Notes under the pieces: model-generated
What the model saw: the letters and a program-made list of their open reading frames with translations, nothing else
Databases searched by the model: none
What the model was told of the DNA's origin: nothing
Made by a program: the position numbers and the translations under genes
In this document: positions 9,565-19,474 of the stretch, piece by piece
How positions within the stretch are numbered: position 1 is the first letter of the stretch
How the letters are laid out: every line of letters begins with the position of its first letter
From: Aquifex aeolicus VF5
GTDB taxonomy: Bacteria; Aquificota; Aquificia; Aquificales; Aquificaceae
DNA length: 32,000 nucleotides
Assembly: GCF_000008625.1 (NCBI RefSeq)
Contig: NC_000918.1
Location: 1,050,001 to 1,082,000 of the forward strand
Direction: 5' to 3'

Positions 9565-9593
9565 ATTGTAAAACATTCTCACTTCTTTTTCAA
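9565..9593 (-). promoter_or_regulatory. Sigma70-type promoter for rpsA (TTGAAA - 17 nt - TACAAT)
   Basis: Minus strand: TTGAAA (9593-9588), 17-nt spacer, TACAAT (9570-9565); predicted start ~9558, followed by SD GGAGG and ATG at 9539. Confidence 0.6.
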
Positions 9594-9605
9594 AGAGATT
9601 TAAAC

Positions 9606-10379
9606 TTAAAGAAGGTGCTTGTGCTCTTTTAACCATTCCTTGAATGACTTTCCAGATAATATACTATTTAAAATGTCTTTTTCAAGTTCTGTCAAGTCTT
9701 TAGGTATTAAATCCGGTCTCTTTTTTACCGTGTTTTCTATCCTGTGCCATAACTTCCAGAGTTCTATCAATTTGTGGTGTCCTGAAAGGAGCTCTTCCGG
9801 AACCTTCATCCCCCTGTATTCCCTTGGTCTCGTGTAAACGGGGTAGCCAAGCCACCTGTTTTGAAAACTGTCTTCCTGAATGCTCTGAGGTTCACTCAAA
9901 ACTCCGGGGAGAACCCTGCTCACCGCGTCAATTACCGCGAGGGCTACGATTTCACCTCCCGAGAGTATAAAGTCTCCAAGAGAAATTTCCATATCCACGA
10001 TTTTCTTAACCCTCTCGTCCACTCCCTCGTACCGCCCGCAAATTATCATTATCCTTTCCTTTTTAGAAAGTTCGTTTACCAGCTTTTGGTTTAGTTTCTC
10101 TCCCCAGGGCTCGGTAATTAAAACGAAGGGTTTTCCGTAATTTTCAACGACGTAATCGTAGGCTTCGTATATGGGTTCTGGTTTTAAAACCATCCCTGGA
10201 AGTCCGCCGTAGGGGACGTCGTCAACTTGTCCTTTTGGTGCAAACTCACGAAGGTCTATGGGATATACTTCTACTTTTCCCTTTTTTATAGCCTGCTTTA
10301 CTATACCGTACTCCGAGTAACAGGAGATTATATGGGGAAATATGGTGAGGACGAAGAAGCGGAGGGGATTAGAACTCAA
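9606..10379 (-). CDS. trmD: tRNA (guanine-N1)-methyltransferase TrmD
   Basis: [27 protein letters not shown]…[21 protein letters not shown]…[12 protein letters not shown]…[31 protein letters not shown]. Confidence 0.96.
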   Translation of the reverse strand: MSSNPLRFFVLTIFPHIISCYSEYGIVKQAIKKGKVEVYPIDLREFAPKGQVDDVPYGGLPGMVLKPEPIYEAYDYVVENYGKPFVLITEPWGEKLNQKLVNELSKKERIMIICGRYEGVDERVKKIVDMEISLGDFILSGGEIVALAVIDAVSRVLPGVLSEPQSIQEDSFQNRWLGYPVYTRPREYRGMKVPEELLSGHHKLIELWKLWHRIENTVKKRPDLIPKDLTELEKDILNSILSGKSFKEWLKEHKHLL

Positions 10380-12096
10380 AGTCTTTCAGATATTTTGCCC
10401 TTGCGGGGTGTCTTAACTTCCTGAGGGCTTTGTTTTCTATCTGTCTTATCCTTTCCCTCGTTACGTTAAACATCTTTCCTACCTGTTCCAGGGTGTACTC
10501 AGTTCCATCAACGAGTCCGTACCTGTACATGAGTATTTCCCTTTCCTTTTCGGAAAGCGTGCTCAGAACCTTCTGGAGTTGTTCCCTGAGGAGCTTTCTC
10601 GTGACCTGCTCCTCGGGGTTTGGTATGGACTTGTCCTCTATGAAGTCCTTGAGGAAGGTGTCGTCGTCGTCACCGATGGGCGTTTCAAGGGAAATGGGCT
10701 CTTGGGAGAACTTCATAACTTTCTTGACTTTTTCTACAGGGATATCCAAGTATTCCGCTATTTCCTCGGGGGTGGGTTCTCTTCCATTTTCCTGGAAGAG
10801 TTTCTTAGAGGCTTTAATTATCTTGTTTATCGTTTCTATCATGTGAACGGGTATCCTTATGGTTCTTGCCTGATCGGCTATAGCCCTCGTTATGGCCTGC
10901 CTGATCCACCAGGTTGCGTATGTAGAGAACTTGTAACCTTTTCTATAGTCGTACTTGTCAACTGCTTTCATTAGACCAATGTTTCCTTCCTGAATGAGGT
11001 CGAGGAAGTGGAGTCCCCTGTTTACGTACTTCTTCGCTATGGATACGACAAGTCTGAGGTTTGACTGTATCATTACCTGCTTTGCCTGAACTACCTTTTT
11101 CCTTCCCTGTTCTATTATCTTCATAACTTTAGGAAGTTCTTCTTCGGGAAATACGCCTATGAGGTTTTGTATCCTCTGGACTTCTCTTTTGAGGGAGTTG
11201 TACTCGTTTATTAAGTTGAGAACCTTTTCCGTGGGGATGTTCTTTTCCTGAACTATCTTCTGGAGGTTTTCATCGGTTAAGAAGTTCTGAGCAAAGTAAT
11301 CTGGGTCTTTGTAGAGAGCCTTTAATTTCCTTATGCGAGCGTTGAGGTCCTTTCTCTTTCTTGCGTACTCCTTGTATATCTTTATTATCTCTTCCGTAAC
11401 TCTTTCGAATTTTGCGTACTTTATCTTCATTTCCTTGATTATCTTGTTCATCCTAGCGTGAGCGTACAGGTACTTCTTTCTGCTTTCCTCACTCGGGTTC
11501 TTTATGTACTCTTCTCTCACGTCCAAGAGGTTTCTGTAAGCTTTTGCGAGTTCGTATCCCTTTTCTATGAAAAACCTCTTGAATTCGTCAAACCTGTCTT
11601 CAAAGTCATCGTCGTTTTCGTACTCAACGAGATCCATAACTTCCTGTATTTTTAACTTTCCGTTACAGAGCTTTGCCCAGTCGTCGAGTATCTTCTCAAC
11701 GAGGAAGGAAGTTCTCATAAGACCCCTTCTCATTATCTTTCTTCCGATTTCTATCTGGCGTGCGTAGTATATCTCTTCCTCCCTCTTGAGAAGGGGGATT
11801 TTGCCCATTTCCCTGAGGTAGAGCTTTACGGGATCTCCGTCTCTGGAGCTGGAGGTAAGGGAACCAGAAACTACCACTTCCTCTTCTTCTTCCTGTGTCT
11901 CCTCGGACTCTTCCTCGTATTCCTCTTTACTCTCTACTACCTGAATGTTCATTCTGTGGAGAATGTCTATTAACTCCTCAAAGAGTTCGGAAGAGGTCAC
12001 GTCTTCCTCGAGCACTTCGTTTATCTCGTCGTAGGTCACGTAACCCTTTTCCTTTCCCATTTCGATTAGAGCCTTCACGCTTTCCCTTCCTAGCAT
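10369..12096 (-). CDS. rpoD: Primary RNA polymerase sigma factor (RpoD)
   Basis: [80 protein letters not shown], and [26 protein letters not shown]. Confidence 0.98.
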   Translation of the reverse strand: MLGRESVKALIEMGKEKGYVTYDEINEVLEEDVTSSELFEELIDILHRMNIQVVESKEEYEEESEETQEEEEEVVVSGSLTSSSRDGDPVKLYLREMGKIPLLKREEEIYYARQIEIGRKIMRRGLMRTSFLVEKILDDWAKLCNGKLKIQEVMDLVEYENDDDFEDRFDEFKRFFIEKGYELAKAYRNLLDVREEYIKNPSEESRKKYLYAHARMNKIIKEMKIKYAKFERVTEEIIKIYKEYARKRKDLNARIRKLKALYKDPDYFAQNFLTDENLQKIVQEKNIPTEKVLNLINEYNSLKREVQRIQNLIGVFPEEELPKVMKIIEQGRKKVVQAKQVMIQSNLRLVVSIAKKYVNRGLHFLDLIQEGNIGLMKAVDKYDYRKGYKFSTYATWWIRQAITRAIADQARTIRIPVHMIETINKIIKASKKLFQENGREPTPEEIAEYLDIPVEKVKKVMKFSQEPISLETPIGDDDDTFLKDFIEDKSIPNPEEQVTRKLLREQLQKVLSTLSEKEREILMYRYGLVDGTEYTLEQVGKMFNVTRERIRQIENKALRKLRHPARAKYLKDFEF

Positions 12097-12134
12097 TCTC
12101 TTACCTCCTAACTCTAAAAATTTATTAAAGTTAA

Positions 12135-13634
12135 TTAAGTATTTACATTTTTCAACCCTCTTTTCTTCCTCTTTTTCCCAGATTTTTGTAAATCCCTAAG
12201 GATGTTGTTAAAAAGTTTCTCCAAGTTATCCACCTGGTACTCGAGAACTTCTTTTGGAAGTAAATGCTCCTCTCCGTTTAAGGCGTTAACTGCGAGTTCC
12301 TTTAACTCAGGACTTAAGTTCAGGACTTCAAGGTCTATTTTTGGTTTTAATTCTATCAGTCCTTTCAGGAAGATTTTTTCCTTAAAGGAGAGTTTAATTT
12401 CTTTTTCTTGAGAATTTTTTTCAATTTTCATTAATAAAATTTCCATAGGAACTTTGTACTTGGTGTGAAACTCCGAAGCCAGAGCAAAGCGCCTTACTCC
12501 ATCGGAAATAAAGCCCAGATAATACCTGAACTCACGCGTTTTCTCCTCTAAGTTTTCCCTTGCGGTTTTTATGAGCGTTTCAAAGAGCTCCCCTGAGCTG
12601 TTTATCAGTCTTCTTAATTCCTCTTTCCCGAATTCCTTTATAAACTCGTCGGGATCGTATCCTTCGGGGAGGTAAACGGGATAAACTTCCACTCCTGCAC
12701 TGAGGAGTAGGGGAATGGCACTTTTCATAGCCTTTCTTCCCGCATCATCTCCGTCGTAAAGGATGTAGACCTTTTTTGTGAACTTGGAAAGGAGGTTTGC
12801 CTGATTTTGGGTCAGGGCTGTACCGAGGGGTGCAACAACGTTCCTTATTCCCTCGGAAAAAAGTCTCAAAAGGTCAAAGTACCCTTCCACAAGTATCGCA
12901 AATCCTTCTTCCTTTATATACTCCTTTGCCTCGTAAAGACCGAATAAGTTCTCCCCCTTTTTAAATACCCTGCTGTCTGGAGAGTTTATGTACTTGGGAG
13001 ATTTGTCCTCTACTATCCTCCTTCCACCGAAACCTATAACTCTTCCCCTCGGATCCTTTATCGGGATCACGACACGCCGAAGAAAGAGATCCCTGTAAAC
13101 ACCCTTCGTAGGAGAAAGGAGGTTTTTAGTTTCAAGGTAAGCCTCTAAAAGATCGTTCTCTTTTAAGACTTTTACGAGTGCTTCACTGGAAGGTGCGTAC
13201 CCAAGATCAAACTTCCTCGCTACTTTAGGGTCTATTCCCCTACTCTTTACGTACTCACTTGCCTCTCTGTTTTTGAGAAGGCTTTCCCTGTAGAAATCAC
13301 AAACCCTGTCAAGAGCCACGTATACCTTTTCGTCTTTTGATATCTTTTCAAGGTCTAATTTCTTTCCGTAGCGTTTTGCGAGTTCAAGGGCGGCTTCAAA
13401 ATAGGAGATGTCCTCGTAAAGGGAAACGAACTTTATCGCGTCTCCCCCTACCCCGCAACCGAAACACTTGAATATTTGTTTACTTGGAGACACGTAAAAG
13501 GAGGGTGTATCGTCAGGGTGAAAGGGACAGTTCGTTCTGTAATTGGAACCTACCTTCTCTAAGTTTAAGTATTCGGAAATGACGTCTACTATATCTATTT
13601 CCCGTCTAAGTTCGTCTATGTCCGAGGACATCAC
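12135..13634 (-). CDS. dnaG: DNA primase DnaG (ATG at 13631 or GTG at 13634)
   Basis: Zinc motif [36 protein letters not shown], toprim [10 protein letters not shown]…[14 protein letters not shown]. Confidence 0.97.
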   Translation of the reverse strand: MMSSDIDELRREIDIVDVISEYLNLEKVGSNYRTNCPFHPDDTPSFYVSPSKQIFKCFGCGVGGDAIKFVSLYEDISYFEAALELAKRYGKKLDLEKISKDEKVYVALDRVCDFYRESLLKNREASEYVKSRGIDPKVARKFDLGYAPSSEALVKVLKENDLLEAYLETKNLLSPTKGVYRDLFLRRVVIPIKDPRGRVIGFGGRRIVEDKSPKYINSPDSRVFKKGENLFGLYEAKEYIKEEGFAILVEGYFDLLRLFSEGIRNVVAPLGTALTQNQANLLSKFTKKVYILYDGDDAGRKAMKSAIPLLLSAGVEVYPVYLPEGYDPDEFIKEFGKEELRRLINSSGELFETLIKTARENLEEKTREFRYYLGFISDGVRRFALASEFHTKYKVPMEILLMKIEKNSQEKEIKLSFKEKIFLKGLIELKPKIDLEVLNLSPELKELAVNALNGEEHLLPKEVLEYQVDNLEKLFNNILRDLQKSGKKRKKRGLKNVNT

Positions 13635-13641
13635 TCAAAAG

Positions 13642-13669
13642 AATTTATTTTATTTCTGATCTGTGTCAA
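13642..13669 (-). promoter_or_regulatory. Candidate dnaG promoter (TTGACA - 16 nt - TAAATT)
   Basis: Minus strand TTGACA at 13669-13664 and TAAATT at 13647-13642; places the transcription start about 1-4 nt before the start codon. Confidence 0.5.
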
Positions 13670-13697
13670 GCTGAAGAAATACCTGTAAAATCAAATT

Positions 13698-14084
13698 ATG
13701 CCCTTCATTTACAGGAGGAGAGTCCAGTTCTACGAGACCGACGCTCAAGGGATTGTACACCACTCCAATTACTTTAGGTACTTTGAAGAGGCAAGGGGTG
13801 AATTCCTTCGCTCAAAGGGTTTTCCCTATTCAAAGATGAGGGATATGGGACTGGAAGTGGTACTTTTGAATGCTTACTGTGAGTATAAAAAGCCCTTGTT
13901 TTACGACGATGTATTCGAAGTACACTTGAACCTAGAAGAACTTTCTCGCTTTACCTTTACCTTTTCCTATATAGTTTTTAAAGAAGACATAGCGGTTGCA
14001 AAGGCTAATACAAAACACTGCATGGTAAAAAATGGAAAGATAGTCTCAATTCCGAAGGAAGTTCTTGAAGTTTTAAAGGATTAA
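13698..14084 (+). CDS. Acyl-CoA thioesterase, 4HBT/YbgC family
   Basis: RRRVQFYETDAQGIVHHSNYFRYFEEARGEFLRSKGFPY hotdog-fold active site signature. Confidence 0.92.
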   Translation: MPFIYRRRVQFYETDAQGIVHHSNYFRYFEEARGEFLRSKGFPYSKMRDMGLEVVLLNAYCEYKKPLFYDDVFEVHLNLEELSRFTFTFSYIVFKEDIAVAKANTKHCMVKNGKIVSIPKEVLEVLKD

Positions 14085-14558
14085 ACCCTCGTGTTTTAAT
14101 AGTTCACTCTTAATTTCTATACCTTGATTAAAACCACCTAAATCCCTTTTAGAAATAACCCTGTGGCAAGGTATGATCACAGGAAAGGGATTTATCTTCA
14201 TGCAGTAACCTACGAATCTCGGGTGCAAATCAGTCAATCTCGCAAGCTCTCCGTAAGTAATAATTTTTCCAAAGGAAGCGACTTCTTTCAGTTTTAAGTA
14301 AACTTTTATGCATTTTGGATTTATCCTTTTCAAATCGAGATATTCTAAGTTTATTAAGGGATCACCTTCCTTTAGAAAATATAATAAAAATTCCGGAATA
14401 ATTTTCTGTTCTTTTTTCTTTAAAATCGAAATTTTAGAAATTTTTCCTTTATCAAAAAAAATTTCAAGGGAAAGAGAAGGAGTAAGAGCTGTTTTAAGTA
14501 CAGTAATTGGGATTACAGTCTTTTTCGTCTGACTCTTCAAGGAGTATACACTCTTCAC
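14073..14558 (-). CDS. Methylated-DNA--protein-cysteine methyltransferase (Ogt/MGMT)
   Basis: FGKIITYGELARLTDLHPRFVGYCMKINPFPVIIPCHRVISKRDLGGFNQGIEIKSELLKHEG contains active-site PCHRV. Start reassigned from 14678 to GTG at 14558, preceded by GGAGG. Confidence 0.85.
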   Translation of the reverse strand: MKSVYSLKSQTKKTVIPITVLKTALTPSLSLEIFFDKGKISKISILKKKEQKIIPEFLLYFLKEGDPLINLEYLDLKRINPKCIKVYLKLKEVASFGKIITYGELARLTDLHPRFVGYCMKINPFPVIIPCHRVISKRDLGGFNQGIEIKSELLKHEGLIL

Positions 14559-14688
14559 ATATCTTTCCTCCGGGAGGTCTTGTAGCTCCGCACCACGTAT
14601 CGTAATCTTCCTGAGGATAATCAGGGCAATTTGTGCAGAAGTGCCACTGATCACTTCCCTTCTTCTTTCTGTACTCAATTAGTGCCAT
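14494..14688 (-). CDS. Conserved-looking 64-aa Cys-rich (zinc-ribbon-like) miniprotein
   Basis: MALIEYRKKKGSDQWHFCTNCPDYPQEDYDTWCGATRPPGGKICEECILLEESDEKDCNPNYCT; strong AAGGAGGT upstream of ATG at 14688, preferred over the 14733 start. Confidence 0.7.
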   Translation of the reverse strand: MALIEYRKKKGSDQWHFCTNCPDYPQEDYDTWCGATRPPGGKICEECILLEESDEKDCNPNYCT

Positions 14689-14735
14689 GATACCCACCTC
14701 CTTCAGGTTTTTCTTAACTTCAAATATATCCATGA

Positions 14736-15596
14736 TTAAAGATACTTCAACGCATAAGCAAGTGCCCCCCTCGCTCCCATAAATTCACCCGCCCTTGAAA
14801 AGGAAATTTTAAGACACAAGGCGGGAAGCTCCTCGGAAATTTCTTTCACCTTCTCGGGAACGTCTCTCAAAAATTCTTTAAAGGTTTCTATCACTCCTCC
14901 GGCTAAAACTATCCTGTCGGGGTTAAATATGTGAACACCGTTCATAAGCCCCGTGATTAAGTAATCTTTAAAACTTTCCACAACTTTTAACGCTTCTTCT
15001 TCACCTTCTTTAGCCTTTTCCGCAATTTCGTAATCTTTTAAAGTTCTACCGGTAAGCTTTTTATACTCCCTTTCTATTGCGTAAGAGGAGCAGTAAGCTT
15101 CCCAGCACCCTTTCCTCCCGCAGTTGCACAGCTCTCCGCCCTTTTTTACAGTATGGTGTCCCATCTCTAAGGCACTTCCGCAAACACCGAAAAATACCTC
15201 ACCTTTGTACACGAGTCCGGTTCCCAAACCTGTCCCCACCGCTACGAGTAATAGTATCTTGCTATCCCGATAATCGTAGTACCACTCCCCGAAGGCTCCG
15301 AGGTTTACGTCGTTTCCTACAACGAAAGGTATGTTAATATCTTCAAGAACCTTCCTGAAATCCGTTTTATCAAGTGCAGGAATGTTAGGCGATTTGTATA
15401 CGATACCATTAAGAGAAGTAAAACCAGCAACCGCTATACCAACACCGCTCGGATTTCCCGCCTTTATAACCTCTCTGATTTTTTCCATTAGTGCTTCTCT
15501 GTCCTTTTTTAAATCCTTTATGTAGTGCTTTTCCTTCTTTCCGTCTTCCCAGAGGACTTTTATAAATGTCCCTCCTATGTCTATGCCCTTTTTCAT
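14736..15596 (-). CDS. ROK-family sugar kinase (glucokinase-like)
   Basis: [43 protein letters not shown] signature [29 protein letters not shown]. Confidence 0.92.
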
Positions 15597-15988
15597 ACTG
15601 AGTTAAGGTACTCTTCGAGGATAATCATAGCCGAAATCACGTCCTTCAACTCCTTCTTTTTCTTAGGAGGTAGTCCTTCGAGCCTCCTCATAGCCTCTGC
15701 CGTGGTCCATCGTTCGTCCCAGAGTATGATTTCCGTATTTGGCAGTTCTTCCCTCAGCTTTTCCACAAAATCTTTAACGAGTTTAGCCCTCTGCCCTTCT
15801 TTTCCACTCGGAGTTAAGGGCAGACCTACAATTACTTTTCCTACCCTGCTCTTCTCTACGATTTCCTTTATCTTTTTTACAGCTTCTTTTGAGCTTACCG
15901 TCCCCTTGGGAGATACAATTTTTAATTCTTCGTCACCAATTGCAAGCCCTACACGTTTAGTACCGTAATCAACCGCAAGAACCTTCAC
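15593..15988 (-). CDS. ruvX: Putative pre-16S rRNA nuclease / Holliday junction resolvase-like YqgF (RuvX)
   Basis: [19 protein letters not shown]…[14 protein letters not shown]…[15 protein letters not shown]…[13 protein letters not shown]. Confidence 0.92.
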
Positions 15989-16179
15989 CCCGTCCGTATG
16001 CCGAGTATCTTATACAGCGGACAGAACCCTATTGCGGACGTCACTATGAACACTATGCCGATTATTCCGAGAATCCAGTAAAGCCCTCCGTTGGTGAAGG
16101 CGAGGTAAAGGAATATAACCGCTAAAATAACCCTTATGATTCTGTCCCATAGCCCCATGTTCTTTTCCATTTTGTCCAC
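15985..16179 (-). CDS. Small membrane protein, DUF2892 (YgaP TM-like)
   Basis: [27 protein letters not shown]…[26 protein letters not shown]. Confidence 0.8.
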
Positions 16180-16290
16180 CTCCTATACTTAATTTTAACT
16201 CAGAATATGACTTTTGACATATGAGTTTTTAAATAACTTGAGTTAGAATTTTTAATACCAAAATACTTAAAGTAAAAGGAGGTGGAAACC

Positions 16291-16932
16291 ATGGGTGTAC
16301 ACAAGATACAGCCAAAAGACCACTTAAAACCTCAAAACCTTGAGGGTATATCCAACGAACAAATAGAGCCTCACTTTGAAGCTCACTATAAAGGTTACGT
16401 TGCAAAGTACAACGAAATCCAAGAAAAGCTTGCGGATCAGAACTTTGCCGACAGGAGCAAGGCAAACCAGAACTACTCCGAGTACAGGGAACTGAAAGTA
16501 GAAGAAACTTTTAACTACATGGGTGTTGTACTCCACGAACTCTACTTCGGAATGCTTGCACCCGGTGGAAAGGGAGAACCCTCCGAAGCCCTCAAGAAGA
16601 AGATAGAAGAGGATCTCGGCGGACTTGATGCCTGCACGAACGAGCTCAAAGCAGCGGCAATAGCCTTCAGAGGATGGGCAATTCTCGGACTGGACATATT
16701 CAGCGGAAGACTCGTTGTAAATGGACTTGACGCTCACAACGTTTACAACTTAACCGGACTCATACCCCTCATAGTTATAGACACATACGAACACGCTTAC
16801 TACGTGGATTACAAGAACAAGAGACCTCCGTACATTGACGCATTCTTCAAGAACATAAATTGGGACGTTGTTAACGAAAGATTTGAAAAGGCTATGAAGG
16901 CTTATGAGGCTCTTAAGGACTTCATAAAGTAA
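16291..16932 (+). CDS. Fe/Mn superoxide dismutase
   Basis: FEAHYKGYVAKYNE, NYMGVVLHELYFGMLAPGG, DTYEHAYYVDYKNKRPPYIDAFFKNINW; AAAGGAGGTGG upstream of ATG at 16291 rather than GTG at 16282. Confidence 0.93.
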   Translation: MGVHKIQPKDHLKPQNLEGISNEQIEPHFEAHYKGYVAKYNEIQEKLADQNFADRSKANQNYSEYRELKVEETFNYMGVVLHELYFGMLAPGGKGEPSEALKKKIEEDLGGLDACTNELKAAAIAFRGWAILGLDIFSGRLVVNGLDAHNVYNLTGLIPLIVIDTYEHAYYVDYKNKRPPYIDAFFKNINWDVVNERFEKAMKAYEALKDFIK

Positions 16933-16937
16933 AAAGT

Positions 16938-17708
16938 TTGTTCCTTTTTCTTTTCTTTCTCTTAATTCTTTCCTGCGGAATAAAAGCACCACCCAAGCCC
17001 CTTCCAGAACCCCAATTTTCAGTAAAAAGAATAGGAGAAGTAGTTTACGTTTCAGGTCAAAACATTGAGGTAAAAAACTTTAAAAAGTTAAACGAATTCT
17101 GGTATAAAAAAGAAAAAAGTTCTTTCTGTTTTGAAGTAAAACACGTAAAAGGAAAATCAAAAAAAGTTTGTGTAAAAGAATCGTCCGGAAAACCACCCGA
17201 ATTAGAAATTAAAGAGTTAAAGGAAAAAGTTTTACTCATTCCAAGAGAAAGTGGAACTTTCAGAATTTATAGAGTTGTAAAAGATAAAGTTTTATATCCA
17301 ATTCCTTTAAAAGAGTTTTCAAAAGAAACGGAAGTACAGAAAGACTACGAACCTTATTACATAGGTGTAACGAAAGTATTATCGCAAGATTACGAAAGCG
17401 AACCTCTTATAATAAAAATTTCACCCAAACCAAAGCCCGTACCAAAACCACCTTACTCCGCAGGTTATACTGTAAAAGGAAAAAAACTAATAATTTACTG
17501 GTTCCACGAAAATTACGAGGAATTGATAGGTTTTAACGTTTACAAAAACGGAAAGAAATTAAATGAAACACCACTAAAAAGGAATTACTTTGAAGACGAA
17601 CTGCCGAAAAAAGAAACTCTATACGAAATAACGGCTGTAAACAGGTTCGGGATAGAGAGTAAACCCGTTAAGGTTTTCTTTCATCCTGTAGAGTCTCAAA
17701 CGCCTTGA
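16938..17708 (+). CDS. Predicted lipoprotein with possible fibronectin-III-like domain
   Basis: Lipobox-like LILSC after a hydrophobic N-terminus, then GIKAPPKPLP; C-terminal PPYSAGYTVKGKKLIIYWFHENYEELIGFNVYKNGKKLNE…YEITAVNRFGIES resembles FnIII. Start codon (TTG, no SD) uncertain. Confidence 0.65.
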   Translation: MFLFLFFLLILSCGIKAPPKPLPEPQFSVKRIGEVVYVSGQNIEVKNFKKLNEFWYKKEKSSFCFEVKHVKGKSKKVCVKESSGKPPELEIKELKEKVLLIPRESGTFRIYRVVKDKVLYPIPLKEFSKETEVQKDYEPYYIGVTKVLSQDYESEPLIIKISPKPKPVPKPPYSAGYTVKGKKLIIYWFHENYEELIGFNVYKNGKKLNETPLKRNYFEDELPKKETLYEITAVNRFGIESKPVKVFFHPVESQTP

Positions 17709-18834
17709 AAAGCAGAAGGTAAAGAGGAAGGAGTGCGTCCCAGAAGAAGGTAAACACAGACTGGATTAAATGCAATCCCAAGGGAACGGAAAGAAGATAG
17801 GTATAAATATCTTCCTCTCTTTTTATTCTGAAGGAAAGTACCTTTTTAAAGTACATAAAGTAGATGTAAAGGATTCCAAGTAATCCTAAAATTCCCCTTT
17901 CTATGAATTCTGAAACTATAAAAATGGACTCGTACCTATGCTGGGTCATTCCGTACCTGTGGGGCATATACTCGCCCGCCCTTACTCCGTGTCCTATCAA
18001 AAGATTGATAAACCTTTTATTCTCAATATCTTCTTTTATTATTGAAATTCCCTCCAGAAGCAAGTTTAACCTTCCAGAGGAAATACTATTTAAATTCTGG
18101 TAATTTAATTCTTTCTTTCCCAGAATTATGTCGTTTAAAGTTTTAAACCTGTGATCTTTTTGTGAAAGGTATACGTATCCTCCTATAAAAGATAAAATTA
18201 TTAAAAAGTTTACACTCCAAAAAGCTAATTTTCCCAATTTTTTACTCTTAAATAGAACAAATAATATGAGATAAAATATCACAAAAAAAGCAAGCATCAT
18301 GGAGCGTCTGGCAGATAGGAATATTACGGCTAAAAATAGAAGAAATAAAGGTATGTAAATAAACCTTCTTTCCTTGAAAAAGAGTAAAAAGGTCGTTATG
18401 GAAAAGAGTGCGTAGAAAAACCCAACTTCGAAGGTTCCGCCCCATATCGGTTTGGGCTCACCGTACTTGTAGAATTTGTAAAAAACTACAGGAAGAAGAA
18501 TTAAAGAAATTCCGAGTAAAAGTTTTGGAAATATTTTTGAAAATCCTTTCACCTCTTCTTTTTTTAGGTTTAAAAAGTAAATAAACTGGAACAGTCCCTC
18601 TTCTATTCCCTTCAGAAATCTTTTAGGGTAAAAGATAGCTGTGGATAATACCGTTGAAAGAGAGTACAAAAGAATTCCAGGTGTTAAACTGCCCTTAATT
18701 TTTCTTTCTTTCAGGATTTTGTAAAGAACAAGTAATAAAGTAAGAATGACAAATCCTTCGAAAAGGCTTATAGATAAGAAAGCTGATATAACTAATGCGT
18801 ACAAAAGTACTTCATTTCTACTCATTTTCAACAA
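17668..18834 (-). CDS. O-antigen ligase/polymerase-like (Wzy/WaaL family) membrane protein
   Basis: ~10 hydrophobic segments, LFLAVIFLSARRSMMLAFFVI motif and a loop with GHGVRAGEYMPHRYGMTQHRYESIFIVSEFIERGILGLL typical of Wzy_C. Confidence 0.72.
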   Translation of the reverse strand: MLKMSRNEVLLYALVISAFLSISLFEGFVILTLLLVLYKILKERKIKGSLTPGILLYSLSTVLSTAIFYPKRFLKGIEEGLFQFIYFLNLKKEEVKGFSKIFPKLLLGISLILLPVVFYKFYKYGEPKPIWGGTFEVGFFYALFSITTFLLFFKERRFIYIPLFLLFLAVIFLSARRSMMLAFFVIFYLILFVLFKSKKLGKLAFWSVNFLIILSFIGGYVYLSQKDHRFKTLNDIILGKKELNYQNLNSISSGRLNLLLEGISIIKEDIENKRFINLLIGHGVRAGEYMPHRYGMTQHRYESIFIVSEFIERGILGLLGILYIYFMYFKKVLSFRIKREEDIYTYLLSVPLGLHLIQSVFTFFWDALLPLYLLLFKAFETLQDERKP

Positions 18835-19474
18835 ATTCTACCATTTTTTCTTTATTTCCGAGGACTAAAAGCGTATCTTCTTTATCGAGTACGTAATCTC
18901 CTGAGGGGTTGACTACTATCTTTCCATCGGGTTTTTTTACGGCGAGAACTGTAATGTCGTAGCGTTTCCTGAGGTCGAGTTCTTTTAAGCTCTTGCCGTG
19001 GAAGTTTTCAGGAGTTTTTATTTCAAAGATACTGTAACCCGGGGCAAAGGGTATCTCTTCTATGAGTCCTTTCAGGAGAAGGGAGTGTGCCAGCTTTATC
19101 GCTGTTTCCATTTCGGGGTAAACTACCCTAGCAACTCCTAGTCTTTCCAGAACCTTTCCGTGAAGCTGGTTTATGGCCTTTGCCACTATTTCTTTCACAC
19201 CTTTTTCTTTGAGTATTACTACCACAAATATACTCGCCTCCACGTTCTGACCTATACTCACAATTGCCGTGTCAGCGTTGAAAACACCTGCCTCCTCCAG
19301 AGCTTTCTCATCAAGAGCATCTGCAACGTAGGCGTGCGTAACGATTTCGGAAATTTGTTTAACCTTGTTTTCATCTACGTCAACGGCTATCACTTCTGCT
19401 CCGAGTTCCGCTAAAGTTTTCGCAACGTAAAACCCGAACCTCCCCAAACCTATTACCGTGAAAATCCTCTTCAT
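18818..19474 (-). CDS. K+ uptake regulatory subunit, RCK_N + RCK_C (KtrA/TrkA family)
   Basis: FTVIGLGRFGFYVAKTLAELGAEVIAVDVDENKVK Rossmann motif, C-terminal TrkA-C-like domain. Confidence 0.9.
   Translation of the reverse strand: MKRIFTVIGLGRFGFYVAKTLAELGAEVIAVDVDENKVKQISEIVTHAYVADALDEKALEEAGVFNADTAIVSIGQNVEASIFVVVILKEKGVKEIVAKAINQLHGKVLERLGVARVVYPEMETAIKLAHSLLLKGLIEEIPFAPGYSIFEIKTPENFHGKSLKELDLRKRYDITVLAVKKPDGKIVVNPSGDYVLDKEDTLLVLGNKEKMVEFVENE

Noticed and set aside
14559-14678. 40-residue N-terminal extension of the MGMT ORF
   Set aside because: Low-similarity extension overlapping the Cys-rich miniprotein in another frame; GTG at 14558 has its own GGAGG and fits family length.
16324-16737. 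137-aa antisense ORF in superoxide dismutase
   Set aside because: No SD or motif, entirely covered by the SOD coding sequence.
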